This document shows positions 1-9,380 of a stretch of 64,000 bases of DNA, one piece after another (positions within the stretch are counted from its first letter, which is position 1; the number at the start of each line of letters is the position of its first letter). The position numbers and the translations under genes are program-made. Location of the stretch: positions 19,841 through 83,840 of the forward strand of contig JBHLRA010000001.1 in assembly GCA_048883045.1 (NCBI GenBank), in the 5' to 3' direction. The stretch is from Candidatus Thorarchaeota archaeon. GTDB taxonomy: Archaea; Asgardarchaeota; Lokiarchaeia; Sigyniarchaeales; SOKP01. The notes beneath the pieces are model-generated. The model had not been told where the DNA came from. It saw nothing but the letters and a program-made list of their open reading frames with translations, and ran no database searches.

Positions 1-182
1 ATATTTCCAGCTTTATCCCTCTTTTTAAACAATAATTATGTATATCATCAGCGCTCCATCTAGCCATATAGGTTAGTATAGGAGCAGTCTTATTTGGCAG
101 TCTTGGTTGCCTTAAAATGATTCCTGCTACAAAATGTTTAGCTGTAAGTCTTAGAAGAGGATAGTGTTTATAACAATCACAG

Positions 183-392
183 CTATTGCACATTATAAAA
201 TCTTTCTCCACATCTTGTACACAATTCATGTGAGTTAAAATCAATCTCAGGAGTGCCCATCAATTCAAATTTGTGGGCAAATAATTTACATAATAATTTA
301 TTTATCAATTTTAGCATCTCTTCCCCTTCCTCAAAAGACTGGGAAAGATGGCTGCGCCAACTACTATTTTGACCGACTGGCACAATAGACAT
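183..392 (-). CDS. small hypothetical protein with zinc-ribbon-like Cys pair
   Basis: 69-aa ORF co-oriented with the left-arm genes; C-terminal CTRCGERF motif; no family recognised. Confidence 0.4.
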   Translation of the reverse strand: MSIVPVGQNSSWRSHLSQSFEEGEEMLKLINKLLCKLFAHKFELMGTPEIDFNSHELCTRCGERFYNVQ

Positions 393-398
393 GCCTTA

Positions 399-432
399 TA
401 TATTTATTTTATATAGATAAAATAAATATATG
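399..432. repeat. AT-only 15-bp inverted repeat (ATATATTTATTTTAT / ATAAAATAAATATAT) with 4-nt spacer
   Basis: Read directly; lies between the stop of the RecA-like gene (489) and the start of the next - strand ORF (392). Confidence 0.6.
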
Positions 433-488
433 GGCTGCCAAGCTTAAGAGTTAATTGTTCAGCTTCTTCATTGGCTAAAATGTAACTC

Positions 489-1535
489 TCATTTTGCAGC
501 CATCTTTGCCTTTTTATCTTTCCCTTTAAGGTTTAACAACTCCCTTTTAGGTTTTCTCCCCATAGACTCAATGCTTACTTCGGCCTCTCCTTCATCCCAT
601 TTTTTTGCAACCCTTTGGGACAGCTTATCTTCTAGGCCATTATCTTCAATGAAATTGATAAGCTTGTTGATGGTCAAATCCTTCCCGTCCCAATTTATTT
701 TATCCCTTTTCTTGGCTTTGTCTTTCCCAGTATCCGTCTTTAAATCATACAAATATTTAATATCAGTTGAAACATTATCAATACCATAATTAAAAAGAAT
801 ATCTATATAACAGGTTTGAAATGGACGGCCAACTTTTACTTTTTCAGCCTTGACCTTGGAGCAAATTCCAATCGTTTTATCTTTTATCTCATATCTTTCG
901 GCTTCAGCTAGAACCATTATTTGGGCTGCATAAAAATCCAGCGCTCTTCCCCCGATTCTGGTCCATTTACGCCCGAAAGTAACCCCAATCTTATCTCTTA
1001 TTTGAGATATAACTATTAAGATTGCATTTTTTTGACGGATCTGCTGTTTCTTTTCTCTAAAAAATTGGCTAAAAAATTTGGGCTTTTCGGTTCCATAAGT
1101 GCCTTGATCGTATTTTTCGCCTTTCGCCATCGCTTTCCGCCTCGCAAGGCCCCGGCCTATTTCTGCATCGCTGGTAAGACCATCTAGGGAATCTAGAACA
1201 TATATCAAAATTTGATCATCCTCCAGTTTTTTAAGGCATTTGTCGAAGTTTAGATCAAATTCCTCTATACTATCGCTCATGTTGTCTTCTTCAGCTTCAG
1301 GAATTATATCAAAGCCATACATCTCTTTAGAGTTGAAAGTATACCCGGCCTCTACATCATCATATTTGTATACAATTTTATCCCCGAACTTTTTTATAGA
1401 TTGAGCAACAATTTCTGAAGCAATGAGAGTCTTGCCTGTACTCTTGTCGCCGATAATATTAACTATCTTCCCAATAGGGATTCCTCCCCCTATTGTACGG
1501 TCTAAAACATCTGAGCCTGTCGGTAAAAATTCCAT
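489..1535 (-). CDS. RecA/UvsX/RadA-like recombinase ATPase
   Basis: LPTGSDVLDRTIGGGIPIGKIVNIIGDKSTGKTLIA is the RecA-type N-terminal motif plus Walker A; Walker B-like ILIYVLDSLD; SD GGAGGGG upstream of ATG. Confidence 0.85.
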   Translation of the reverse strand: MEFLPTGSDVLDRTIGGGIPIGKIVNIIGDKSTGKTLIASEIVAQSIKKFGDKIVYKYDDVEAGYTFNSKEMYGFDIIPEAEEDNMSDSIEEFDLNFDKCLKKLEDDQILIYVLDSLDGLTSDAEIGRGLARRKAMAKGEKYDQGTYGTEKPKFFSQFFREKKQQIRQKNAILIVISQIRDKIGVTFGRKWTRIGGRALDFYAAQIMVLAEAERYEIKDKTIGICSKVKAEKVKVGRPFQTCYIDILFNYGIDNVSTDIKYLYDLKTDTGKDKAKKRDKINWDGKDLTINKLINFIEDNGLEDKLSQRVAKKWDEGEAEVSIESMGRKPKRELLNLKGKDKKAKMAAK

Positions 1536-1536
1536 A

Positions 1537-1809
1537 TTATTTTATCCCCTCCAATATATTTTTTATTTGATCTTTCTTAAACCAATATTTTATAGTACCT
1601 GAAATATTAAGTTTTATACAATCGTAAATTCTTGAAGTTTTACAAAATTCTCTCATACGTTTCAAATTATAATCAATTGGATTAGGGATGCTAAATTCAC
1701 TACTAAATCTTGATAATTTAACACTAGATATCCATCCTTTTTCATTTAACTCTTTTCTTTTGTCTTTATTATTCTTCCTAAAGATACAATATTCTTCTAA
1801 TATCATCAA
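1537..1809 (-). CDS. hypothetical protein
   Basis: 90-aa ORF abutting the RecA-like gene start; basic; no family recognised. Confidence 0.5.
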   Translation of the reverse strand: MMILEEYCIFRKNNKDKRKELNEKGWISSVKLSRFSSEFSIPNPIDYNLKRMREFCKTSRIYDCIKLNISGTIKYWFKKDQIKNILEGIK

Positions 1810-1921
1810 TAATATTCCTTTGTTCGAAAATATTAGAAAAGGCTTCTTCTATTCGACTAAACGCTCATCATCGAATATTTCAGAGGTGCACCCCTGCGTT
1901 TTTTCTTAAGGCCTTTAAATA

Positions 1922-1982
1922 GCGTTCTTTTAAACTAAGAAGAAGCCTGAAATTGTCTATTAGCGGCGTTCTTTTAAACTAA
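1922..1982. repeat. 17-bp perfect direct repeat GCGTTCTTTTAAACTAA (1922-1938 and 1966-1982)
   Basis: Second copy encodes the C-terminal codons of the SSB-like gene; first copy lies in the downstream spacer, so the gene 3' end is partially duplicated. Confidence 0.7.
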
Positions 1983-2979
1983 TCCGATTTTTCCTTTTCA
2001 ATTTGGTTTGCAAAATCGCACACTCTTTCCATATCTTCTCTTCACAGCTTTCACATTCTAATTTCTCATCACAATCTGCGCCGAACTTATGACCATTGGG
2101 GCAGTCAGGGGGTTCCTTTGATCTATTATTCTCCAAAGCTTTATTATAAGCCTTTTCCTTCTCATCAGTTCCGGAACCGTCAGTTATTTGCTCAACTCCA
2201 TCTTTAAAATTTTTGATCTCTTTATTCTCTTTCTCATCTTCTTCATCATTACCTGGAATAACATAAAAGGCATTCCTTACCTCTTCATAAGAAGGAATTA
2301 TGATCATTGCATCCAAGGGAAAGACTTTGTCCAAGATGCTTTCTGGATAGGGTTTATCTCTGTCTTCAAAGGTAAAAGTCTTATATTTGAAATAATCTCT
2401 TTTACCAAATTTGTGAGTCTTGGCTTTGAATTTTACTGAACGGCCATTACTTAGGGAGGAAAATATGATTTGTTCTTCCTTTTCCTCGAAATCTTCCAGC
2501 CTATCCAAAAGCCCATCTCTTTCAAAATAGGCATAGCTGGCGATGAATATCTTGATTGTATCAGGTTCATCTTCCTCGATTACATTATAAATTGCTTTTC
2601 TGGATGGAAGCAATTCTTGTATATCATCGTTCTTCCAGTCTACTCCTGCCTTAAGCCTTGATTCTCTTTCCTCGCATATAGGGCAGGGCTTGTGGAAAGT
2701 TCTTTCCAAACAAATAAAAGCATCATCATTAGGACCTACACCTTGGTGAACCCAGATGTCACATATATAATCTGGATCTCCTTTAGCTATACCTTGGGGA
2801 TGATTTTTTGTGGAGACTATATATGGAAGAATATCAATCAAATTGAAGCCTTCAGAAGGTTTATAAAATTTAACATCTTCATGGCCTTCAAGATTAAGAA
2901 AGCCTTTCCCCCCACTTTTCCCTTTGTTGTCAACATTGTCTTTGGTTCTTTTCCCCAATTTTTCATCTAAATTGCTCAT
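1960..2979 (-). CDS. T4 gp32-like single-stranded DNA-binding protein
   Basis: 339 aa. VKFYKPSEGFNLIDILPY resembles the gp32 N-terminal core. FICLERTFHKPCPICEE is a His/Cys zinc site like the gp32 CPVCQ motif. Acidic region DEEDEKENKE; sits next to the recombinase. Confidence 0.6.
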   Translation of the reverse strand: MSNLDEKLGKRTKDNVDNKGKSGGKGFLNLEGHEDVKFYKPSEGFNLIDILPYIVSTKNHPQGIAKGDPDYICDIWVHQGVGPNDDAFICLERTFHKPCPICEERESRLKAGVDWKNDDIQELLPSRKAIYNVIEEDEPDTIKIFIASYAYFERDGLLDRLEDFEEKEEQIIFSSLSNGRSVKFKAKTHKFGKRDYFKYKTFTFEDRDKPYPESILDKVFPLDAMIIIPSYEEVRNAFYVIPGNDEEDEKENKEIKNFKDGVEQITDGSGTDEKEKAYNKALENNRSKEPPDCPNGHKFGADCDEKLECESCEEKIWKECAILQTKLKRKNRISLKERR

Positions 2980-3440
2980 ATTCTCTCCTTTTTTAAACCT
3001 TCTCTTTGTTTCTGCTGTTTATCAGCCTTATCATTAGGCGAACTCCAATATTGAGCTATCCAAAGCTTACATATTTGTTCTAGGGCTTTGCTCCGATTCT
3101 TTAGAGTTTCCAATATATTCTTTAGAAGATGGACTTTTTGAGTCAAAGCTATATAGATTTTGTCTTCCTCTATTTTGTTGATTATCCGGTTTTCAGCCAT
3201 CTTTGGATCATCTTTTCTGAGCTTTGCAGCCATGTTTGATCTATAAATTGATCTTTTAGCCTCTAGCCCTTCATCTTCATCATCCCCGTATAATAGTCTT
3301 GAATATTTTGCTACAAGATTACAGTGGGTCGCCCATTCGGTGTGAAGATCATCCAAATCTATGGGCTTAAAATCAACCTCCATATCTCCTAAAATTTTGA
3401 AAAATTCTTTGCCTAAAATTTCTAGAATAGATTCTGCCAT
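2976..3440 (-). CDS. hypothetical protein, possible UvsY-like recombination mediator
   Basis: 154 aa, helical. LHTEWATHCNLVAKYSRLL...AKRSIYRSNMAAKL loosely parallels T4 UvsY (YEAANNVMLYSKWL...). Position directly upstream of the SSB-like gene. Weak, by eye only. Confidence 0.35.
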   Translation of the reverse strand: MAESILEILGKEFFKILGDMEVDFKPIDLDDLHTEWATHCNLVAKYSRLLYGDDEDEGLEAKRSIYRSNMAAKLRKDDPKMAENRIINKIEEDKIYIALTQKVHLLKNILETLKNRSKALEQICKLWIAQYWSSPNDKADKQQKQREGLKKERI

Positions 3441-3487
3441 AATTAATCTCCTCTAATATAATAACATGTTTAGAAACCTTTTTATGT

Positions 3488-4240
3488 TTATGTGATTATT
3501 TTCCAATCATCGCTAATTTTAGGGGTTAAAAGTTTTAATTGAAGAGGGGTATAATATTCACTCCAAGGGTGGAAAAATCTTCCTCCTCTAGGTATTATCC
3601 CATATTGATCAACTAAATTTGCAAAGCAGCTATCTACACAATAGATTTGAAAGGCCCCCTGAAGGATAGATAACCAATCAAATATATTATAACCTTCAAC
3701 TTTACCCAATCTAACTATTCCATAATGGTTAGACATTCCACCTATAATTTTATTGAAATCGAAATGCCTTCCATGGCTTCCATCTTCGTGCACAACTATA
3801 TAATTATCATTTTTATTTATTTCCTTAAGAGCCATCAGTTGAGATTCTTTGTCCCTATTTCTCACTATAAAATCATAGAGATCATATTTTGTTGTATAGG
3901 GCAAACCTGCGTGCTTATACTTCCACAAATCAAATGAAAGATTGGTTTCTTTCCAATTTTTGTCCAATAAAGGATTGCCAAAACCTATGGCTAGATCTAT
4001 ATAAGATTGTGTAATATATTCCCAAGATTTGGTTCTTAGCATATGGCCTTTTTCATCTATAGAGCCAATATTATAAATAAACATATGGCTTAGAAAATTA
4101 ACATTTTTAAAAACATCAATATACTCATTAGCTATGGGCCAAGTAACATCCAGCCCTTGGGAATAATAATAATATGCTATAGGCAAAACTAAAAGGAGAT
4201 CCCCCAAACGTCCTGGTTGGATTATTGTTATATTTCCCAT
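3488..4240 (-). CDS. GT9 (heptosyltransferase)-like glycosyltransferase
   Basis: N-terminal IIQPGRLGDLLLVLPIA and C-terminal IYCVDSCFANLV resemble the GT9 motifs (RxGD..LxxP; DSGxxHLA). Confidence 0.55.
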   Translation of the reverse strand: MGNITIIQPGRLGDLLLVLPIAYYYYSQGLDVTWPIANEYIDVFKNVNFLSHMFIYNIGSIDEKGHMLRTKSWEYITQSYIDLAIGFGNPLLDKNWKETNLSFDLWKYKHAGLPYTTKYDLYDFIVRNRDKESQLMALKEINKNDNYIVVHEDGSHGRHFDFNKIIGGMSNHYGIVRLGKVEGYNIFDWLSILQGAFQIYCVDSCFANLVDQYGIIPRGGRFFHPWSEYYTPLQLKLLTPKISDDWKIIT

Positions 4241-4306
4241 ATAGTTGCCTCCTCTAATTTCTATCTATTAACATTCGATCTAAAGATTTCCTAAATTTTT
4301 GTTCTG

Positions 4307-5185
4307 TCATTTTAGTCCTAGATTACTCAATACTTTGTTGAAAAATACTGGGTCACTCCAAGACATATTAAGGGTGTTTGCTCTTATAGGATGGATTCTT
4401 TTATTGTATATATCTGAATATAAAAAATAAGGCAATTTGTCAAAAAATAAAATTTTCTTTTTACCATTTTCCATTTCAAATCTATAAGAATAATCTTGTA
4501 TATGATCTGCGATAGATGAATTGATATTCCAATCAAATATTGATAATTTATTTGTTTCCTGTATTGGATAAGCCAAATCACAAGTAAGCGGAAAATAAGT
4601 ATTTACAAATTCTCTTATATAAGACATATCTGCCAAATTATATAATTTCCCAACTTTTCTTTTCTCTTCTATTATATTTTTGTGATAATTTTTAAAATCA
4701 TCATTTTTTCTTAATTCATAAATCATAGAACACAGCATCTCTAATTTTCTTATACTATTTACATAAGTTACACATCCGCTTATACCATTAATAATATAGT
4801 ATAAATTTGATAATCTAATTTCTGACAAGTCTCTACATATTATTGTGTCGGAATCAAAATACCAACAAGATTTTATTCTTTTTTTAGCCATAATTTCTCT
4901 TAATCTAGGCCAACGCATTATATTGAAATGGTGTTTAGGATATGCCCACTTAGGAGCAGATCCTATGTGAGCATAATTGTCTTTTAAATCTTTAAAATTA
5001 CTTCCTTTCCCATTATAATCCTCATAATAATCAAATATAGCCCCGGATTGTATGGCTATATCTTTATTTGAATCATCCCCGAATAGGAATATATTTGTAT
5101 CAGGGTTGAAAACCTTTGCACATTTCAAGGTATGTTCTAGATACCAGCTGTGCTCAAAATGCATAAATATTATAGGAGCTTTCAT
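4307..5185 (-). CDS. putative glycosyltransferase (DxD type)
   Basis: 292 aa; WYFDSDTIICRDL is DxD-like; embedded among glycosyltransferase/methyltransferase genes; family not recognised. Confidence 0.35.
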   Translation of the reverse strand: MKAPIIFMHFEHSWYLEHTLKCAKVFNPDTNIFLFGDDSNKDIAIQSGAIFDYYEDYNGKGSNFKDLKDNYAHIGSAPKWAYPKHHFNIMRWPRLREIMAKKRIKSCWYFDSDTIICRDLSEIRLSNLYYIINGISGCVTYVNSIRKLEMLCSMIYELRKNDDFKNYHKNIIEEKRKVGKLYNLADMSYIREFVNTYFPLTCDLAYPIQETNKLSIFDWNINSSIADHIQDYSYRFEMENGKKKILFFDKLPYFLYSDIYNKRIHPIRANTLNMSWSDPVFFNKVLSNLGLK

Positions 5186-5294
5186 AGCTTTTCAAATCTC
5201 CTCATCAAATAAAAAGTTTTATTCCAGGTCCAGCCAGAGGCTATATTTACACAGAATATAATAATATAAACAATAAACAAGAAGGTGAATTTTA

Positions 5295-5999
5295 TTAGAT
5301 TATATATTTTTTCAACCATATTTTCCTCTTAAAGACGCTATAGCCATTGCGCAAATTTAGATTTCTGACCACTAGCTCATAAGAATGATTATTCCCATCC
5401 AATATATTGTCAGAAAAATAGTTCTTAATACCGCTAACGTCATCTAGCACTATCCATTCAGCTAGATAAATAAGTTTCATGCAATCTGCATTACCAGTAA
5501 AAGCTGAACCATCTAAGATTGCTAGATCAAAGTTTTTTATATCATTGTGATTTTTGATGGCCTCTATCCCGTGGAAAGGGATTCTATTGGATTTTATATA
5601 CTCTATCTCTTCCCTTCTCCATCTCAAAACTTCTTCTAGAGGATAATTATTGAGGTTGGTTCTAACGTCTTTATAAAAACATTCTATCTGCCTTTCATCT
5701 AAATAATCATCCAGCCCAACAGAACAATAATTGTAAGGAATTATGAATGAGTTTTCTTTGTGATTTTTGGCCAATTCTGCACATCTAATTTTAGAGGCCT
5801 CTATACAAAATACTTTAGCTTTTTCTTCTAATCCGGTCGCTTTAATCCCATCCACAACAGCTTGAGTACTCCCTTTACCATCAGATGAGCCTATTTCTAT
5901 AATAGTTGTCATACTGTGATCACAGACTATATGGGCTATTTGATTGTATAATTCATCTTGAAATATTTCTGGAGGAATTAATTTATCTAATGTTGGCAT
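5295..5999 (-). CDS. class I SAM-dependent methyltransferase (O-methyltransferase-like)
   Basis: IIEIGSSDGKGST (motif I) and DLAILDGSAF resemble the Methyltransf_24/TylF-like pattern. Confidence 0.6.
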   Translation of the reverse strand: MPTLDKLIPPEIFQDELYNQIAHIVCDHSMTTIIEIGSSDGKGSTQAVVDGIKATGLEEKAKVFCIEASKIRCAELAKNHKENSFIIPYNYCSVGLDDYLDERQIECFYKDVRTNLNNYPLEEVLRWRREEIEYIKSNRIPFHGIEAIKNHNDIKNFDLAILDGSAFTGNADCMKLIYLAEWIVLDDVSGIKNYFSDNILDGNNHSYELVVRNLNLRNGYSVFKRKIWLKKYII

Positions 6000-6573
6000 C
6001 GTCGTTCTCTACTTTCCAAGTTTTATTGTTTTTGATTCCGCTAATAGCACATTCATTGACTCCAAATAAATCAGCTAATTGTTTTTGGGATATTAGCCCT
6101 TTACTTTTAGCCTCTTTATATTCTTTTGAATCCAATATATCTCTTATCCAATTGGCTGTCATTTGTGTTAGTTTACAATTAGGATGATTTTCTCCTTTTA
6201 TTTTTTCTGATATTTTGTTTTTGTGCTCTTTAGATAATTTTCTGCCATACATAGGATTCTTTTCCCCTTTGACTAATTCTGATTTTCTTTTTATTTGTTC
6301 TTTTGAAAATATATATTTATACATAGGATTATTTTCTTTTTTAAAATCAGCATGATTATTGGACATTTTTCGCTTAGTTTCTTCTGAGATTATTTTCCCT
6401 TTTTGATGTAATTTAGCATGTTCACTATGTGACATCTTCTGTAAATTATCTGGATCATCATTGCCGTGATCAAAATCCTTATGATGGATATCATATCCAT
6501 CACCTTTAATTATTGGATCATCTAGATGATGATCATTCCAAATCTTATGATATTTTTTAACATTTCTTGACAT
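5983..6573 (-). CDS. HNH homing endonuclease with NUMOD-like repeats and C-terminal HTH
   Basis: YHKIWNDHHLDDPIIKGDGYDIHHKDFDHGNDDPDNLQKMSHSEHAKLH; repeats ENNPMY/EKNPMYGRKLSKEHK/GENHPN; LISQKQLADLFGV. The ATG directly follows the TGA of the upstream gene, and the 3' end overlaps the next gene by 17 nt. Confidence 0.85.
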   Translation of the reverse strand: MSRNVKKYHKIWNDHHLDDPIIKGDGYDIHHKDFDHGNDDPDNLQKMSHSEHAKLHQKGKIISEETKRKMSNNHADFKKENNPMYKYIFSKEQIKRKSELVKGEKNPMYGRKLSKEHKNKISEKIKGENHPNCKLTQMTANWIRDILDSKEYKEAKSKGLISQKQLADLFGVNECAISGIKNNKTWKVENDDANIR

Positions 6574-8166
6574 TCATCTTATTCCTGCTAAATATCTTTT
6601 TATTTTCAAAATATTTTCTTCTCTTTCTTTTTTCTTCTTCTCTGAATGAAATAGTTCGTGATCTGCATTTATAATCCTGTGTCTATCTGGAAGTTTTTCT
6701 AAATAATTCTCATCTGGCTTAGCCCTTTTCAAAACTATACTATGATGATACGTTATTATATGTTTGAAAAACTCAAAACATCCCGCCTTTGTACAAATCT
6801 CATGGAGGTCTGAATCCATCCAAGTCTGCTTATAATCTGTGTCCAAATATCTCCCCAAAATATCGTGTAATATTTTATTGGTAAAAAATAGCGTTGATAA
6901 TTTTCTGAAATTATGTCTGCTTTCGTTTGTGCGAATAAAAAAAGGTTTGTTCTGATTTTTCTTAAATTCCTCTACAATTATTGAATCCCAAGAATAAGTC
7001 TCAAAACTGCAATCATCTCCAAAAAACCCGAAACAATAAGGATTATATTCAAGAGATTTATCATATAGCATGTTCCAGAATTTGGAATAGTTTATATCTT
7101 CCCCTCTTCTCTTTCTAGGTTCATAGTCCCAAAATATATTTTCAGTTAATTCTTTTTTCAAAGTTTGCAGCATAGATTCTGAAATTTTATCACTTCTAGG
7201 TATAAGAAAAAAGAAATATATCCGACTTGGAAAGCTTGATTTTTCTAGAGCTGATTCCACTAATCTCTTAATCCCTTCTGGCCTTTTCTTAGAAGGAGTC
7301 AAAATTGCTATCTTCTTTTTCCTACTATCATCACTTCTTATTGTATTTCTGTGCCGTCTAGAGGCTTGAAAATGCTCAATAACAGCATTATCCTTATTTC
7401 TTACTATATCATATATTTGGCAATAAGATAAAGGCAAAGGCCTTATCATTATTTTATCTTTTAAAGATTTAACGCAATCTAGGAGCAGATTTTGATCAAT
7501 TGTTCTATTGTCCTCTAAACATTTCATCTTCCACATTTCCAGCAATCTAAAGGCTCCATCAGTGTAATTAAAATATATAGTGCCAGATAGTAACCGATCC
7601 ATGATGAAATTAACCCCAGGGAATAGCTCTTTGTCTCTATCTCGCATAGAATTAGGGAAGTAAGCTGCAAAATCTATATCTTTCATTTTTTCAAATAGCT
7701 TGGGTTGTTTTTTAACTATCGCATCTGCATCAACACAAACAACTGGTTTACCTGACATCTTTAAGACTCTTTCTATTAACACAGGCTTATATTGAGTATT
7801 CATAACCCACCCACCCAAATCCTCTATGCCTTCTATATAATAATCAAGTTTTAGAGTCTCTAAGGATTTTATAAGATTTTTAACTTCTTTCTCATATGGA
7901 GTGTCTATTGTGAAAAATGAGACCATAACAAATTTAGATTTAGGGTCTATCCCGGTGGTTAATATTTTGGGCTCTTTTCTTACCGAAGGCTTGGGAATTA
8001 AATTTTGATTAGGAGGAGGTTGGGCTGGTTGAGTAAAAACTTCTTTTCTTTGTTCTAATACCCTTTTTTTTACTCTCTTTAAAACTTCTCTTTGTTGAGG
8101 CCAAGAAAACTGGCTATAATTTTTAGGTAAATGTTTTTTTATTGTTTCAAATAGGTCATTATCCAT
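6574..8166 (-). CDS. two-domain nucleotide-sugar glycosyltransferase-like protein
   Basis: 530 aa; basic/Pro-rich N-terminus. GT-A-like domain with PVVCVDADAIV (DxD). Second Rossmann-like block KKKIAILTPSKKRPEGIKRLVES. Confidence 0.5.
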   Translation of the reverse strand: MDNDLFETIKKHLPKNYSQFSWPQQREVLKRVKKRVLEQRKEVFTQPAQPPPNQNLIPKPSVRKEPKILTTGIDPKSKFVMVSFFTIDTPYEKEVKNLIKSLETLKLDYYIEGIEDLGGWVMNTQYKPVLIERVLKMSGKPVVCVDADAIVKKQPKLFEKMKDIDFAAYFPNSMRDRDKELFPGVNFIMDRLLSGTIYFNYTDGAFRLLEMWKMKCLEDNRTIDQNLLLDCVKSLKDKIMIRPLPLSYCQIYDIVRNKDNAVIEHFQASRRHRNTIRSDDSRKKKIAILTPSKKRPEGIKRLVESALEKSSFPSRIYFFFLIPRSDKISESMLQTLKKELTENIFWDYEPRKRRGEDINYSKFWNMLYDKSLEYNPYCFGFFGDDCSFETYSWDSIIVEEFKKNQNKPFFIRTNESRHNFRKLSTLFFTNKILHDILGRYLDTDYKQTWMDSDLHEICTKAGCFEFFKHIITYHHSIVLKRAKPDENYLEKLPDRHRIINADHELFHSEKKKKEREENILKIKRYLAGIR

Positions 8167-8857
8167 CGATAGTATCCTTTTTCATAATCCACATTTGATT
8201 GTAAAATTTTTTATAATTTATATCTATTTTTCTTAAATTAAAACCAAATTTTTTTACAATTGACATCAATTTTTCTTTAGAATAAGTATTTACGTAAGCC
8301 CCTTTATTCTTTCCATCTCTATCATTCCAAGTAAATTTTTCCTTTTTGGGGGGTTTAAACCAGGTGACTATGGCTAATTCTTTGGTAGTTCTAAGTAAAT
8401 TTGCAAAATAATTATATCCATCATAAGGATGCTGATGTTCCAAAGTATGTCTAGTATATATTATATCAAATTCTTTATCCTGATGCCTGCTAGTTGCTGG
8501 ACACAAATCCCAAAAAGACCCAACGCTAAAACAAGAATTATAATTATTGAATTTCTTTCTAGCATATTTAACAAACTGCTCTGTTATTTCCCAGCCCTTA
8601 TAAATTATATGCCCCATCTCGTGAAGATATTGGAAACAATGTTCAAAATCATAACCGTTACCGAACCCTATTTCAAGAAAAAGTTTTTTGTTTTTATTGC
8701 CTACATAATCTCTTATAATATAATAGGCCTCTTCTCGACCATAAGCATAATTATGGGCTAAGAATTTACACCATTCTTCATAGGATATTTCATTCAGCCA
8801 AGGGGCTTTAAAATCGTGATTGAAAATATTAGAGTTTTTTATAGTTTCTATTTTCAT
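8159..8857 (-). CDS. class I SAM-dependent methyltransferase
   Basis: LFLEIGFGNGYDFE (motif I), FDIIYTRHTLEHQ (motif post-II/III). Confidence 0.7.
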   Translation of the reverse strand: MKIETIKNSNIFNHDFKAPWLNEISYEEWCKFLAHNYAYGREEAYYIIRDYVGNKNKKLFLEIGFGNGYDFEHCFQYLHEMGHIIYKGWEITEQFVKYARKKFNNYNSCFSVGSFWDLCPATSRHQDKEFDIIYTRHTLEHQHPYDGYNYFANLLRTTKELAIVTWFKPPKKEKFTWNDRDGKNKGAYVNTYSKEKLMSIVKKFGFNLRKIDINYKKFYNQMWIMKKDTIDG

Positions 8858-8992
8858 AAATCTTTAGTTCCATCTTTCGTATGAAATTTTATTATCATTT
8901 GAATAACAAACTATTCAATTTGTTTCTGCATTTATTAATGCGTTTGTTTTCTCTTATCTTTTTAATTTTTTTTATTTTATATATCAATTTTT

Positions 8993-9163
8993 TCATTTTT
9001 TAATAACCTTTTCTATAATTCTTTGCAAAATCGGTTTTCCTTTTTCCTTAAGAGCTCTTTTTTTGGCATTTCCGCCAGCATGAAAAACCCAAGAATCAGG
9101 CTTATAGAATGTTAATTTTCTATAATTTTTTTTAGACAGCACTTTTCCTGATTTGTTAGACAT
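8993..9163 (-). CDS. small basic hypothetical protein (56 aa)
   Basis: Hand-translated MSNKSGKVLSKKNYRKLTFYKPDSW...; below the ORF-track cutoff; weak SD. Confidence 0.3.
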   Translation of the reverse strand: MSNKSGKVLSKKNYRKLTFYKPDSWVFHAGGNAKKRALKEKGKPILQRIIEKVIKK

Positions 9164-9170
9164 ATTATAT

Positions 9171-9374
9171 TCACTTCTTTCTATTTTTTTTAGTTTTAGA
9201 TATTATACCCAATAATTTTTCTCTTTCTCCACTAGGGGCTTGATATCCAGATGCTATTATTCCAAGACCTTGACGAGCTGCTTTTGTTTTTCCATTTGGC
9301 CCAGTATAACATTTTCCTTCGTCTCCCCATTTCCATCCATTTTTACCTTTTATTGTGCATCTCTTAATAGGCAA
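9171..9374 (-). CDS. hypothetical protein
   Basis: 67 aa, KGKNGWKWGDEGKCY motif; co-oriented. Confidence 0.5.
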   Translation of the reverse strand: MPIKRCTIKGKNGWKWGDEGKCYTGPNGKTKAARQGLGIIASGYQAPSGEREKLLGIISKTKKNRKK

Positions 9375-9380
9375 CTTATA

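Noticed and set aside
1-67. Possible partial - strand ORF (MARWSADDIHNYCLKRGIKLEI...) running off the left edge
   Set aside because: Only 22 codons are visible and there is no SD, so evidence is insufficient to call it.
1881-1904. Palindrome around GGTGCACC followed by T6 as a terminator for the SSB gene
   Set aside because: The T-run is on the + strand, whereas local genes are on the - strand. The stem is short with a mismatch. It is noted only as a possible antisense or bidirectional stop.
5983-6573. Group I introns associated with the free-standing HNH genes
   Set aside because: The flanking genes are complete and abut the HNH ORFs directly (stop-ATG or short overlaps). This leaves no room for intron cores or split exons.
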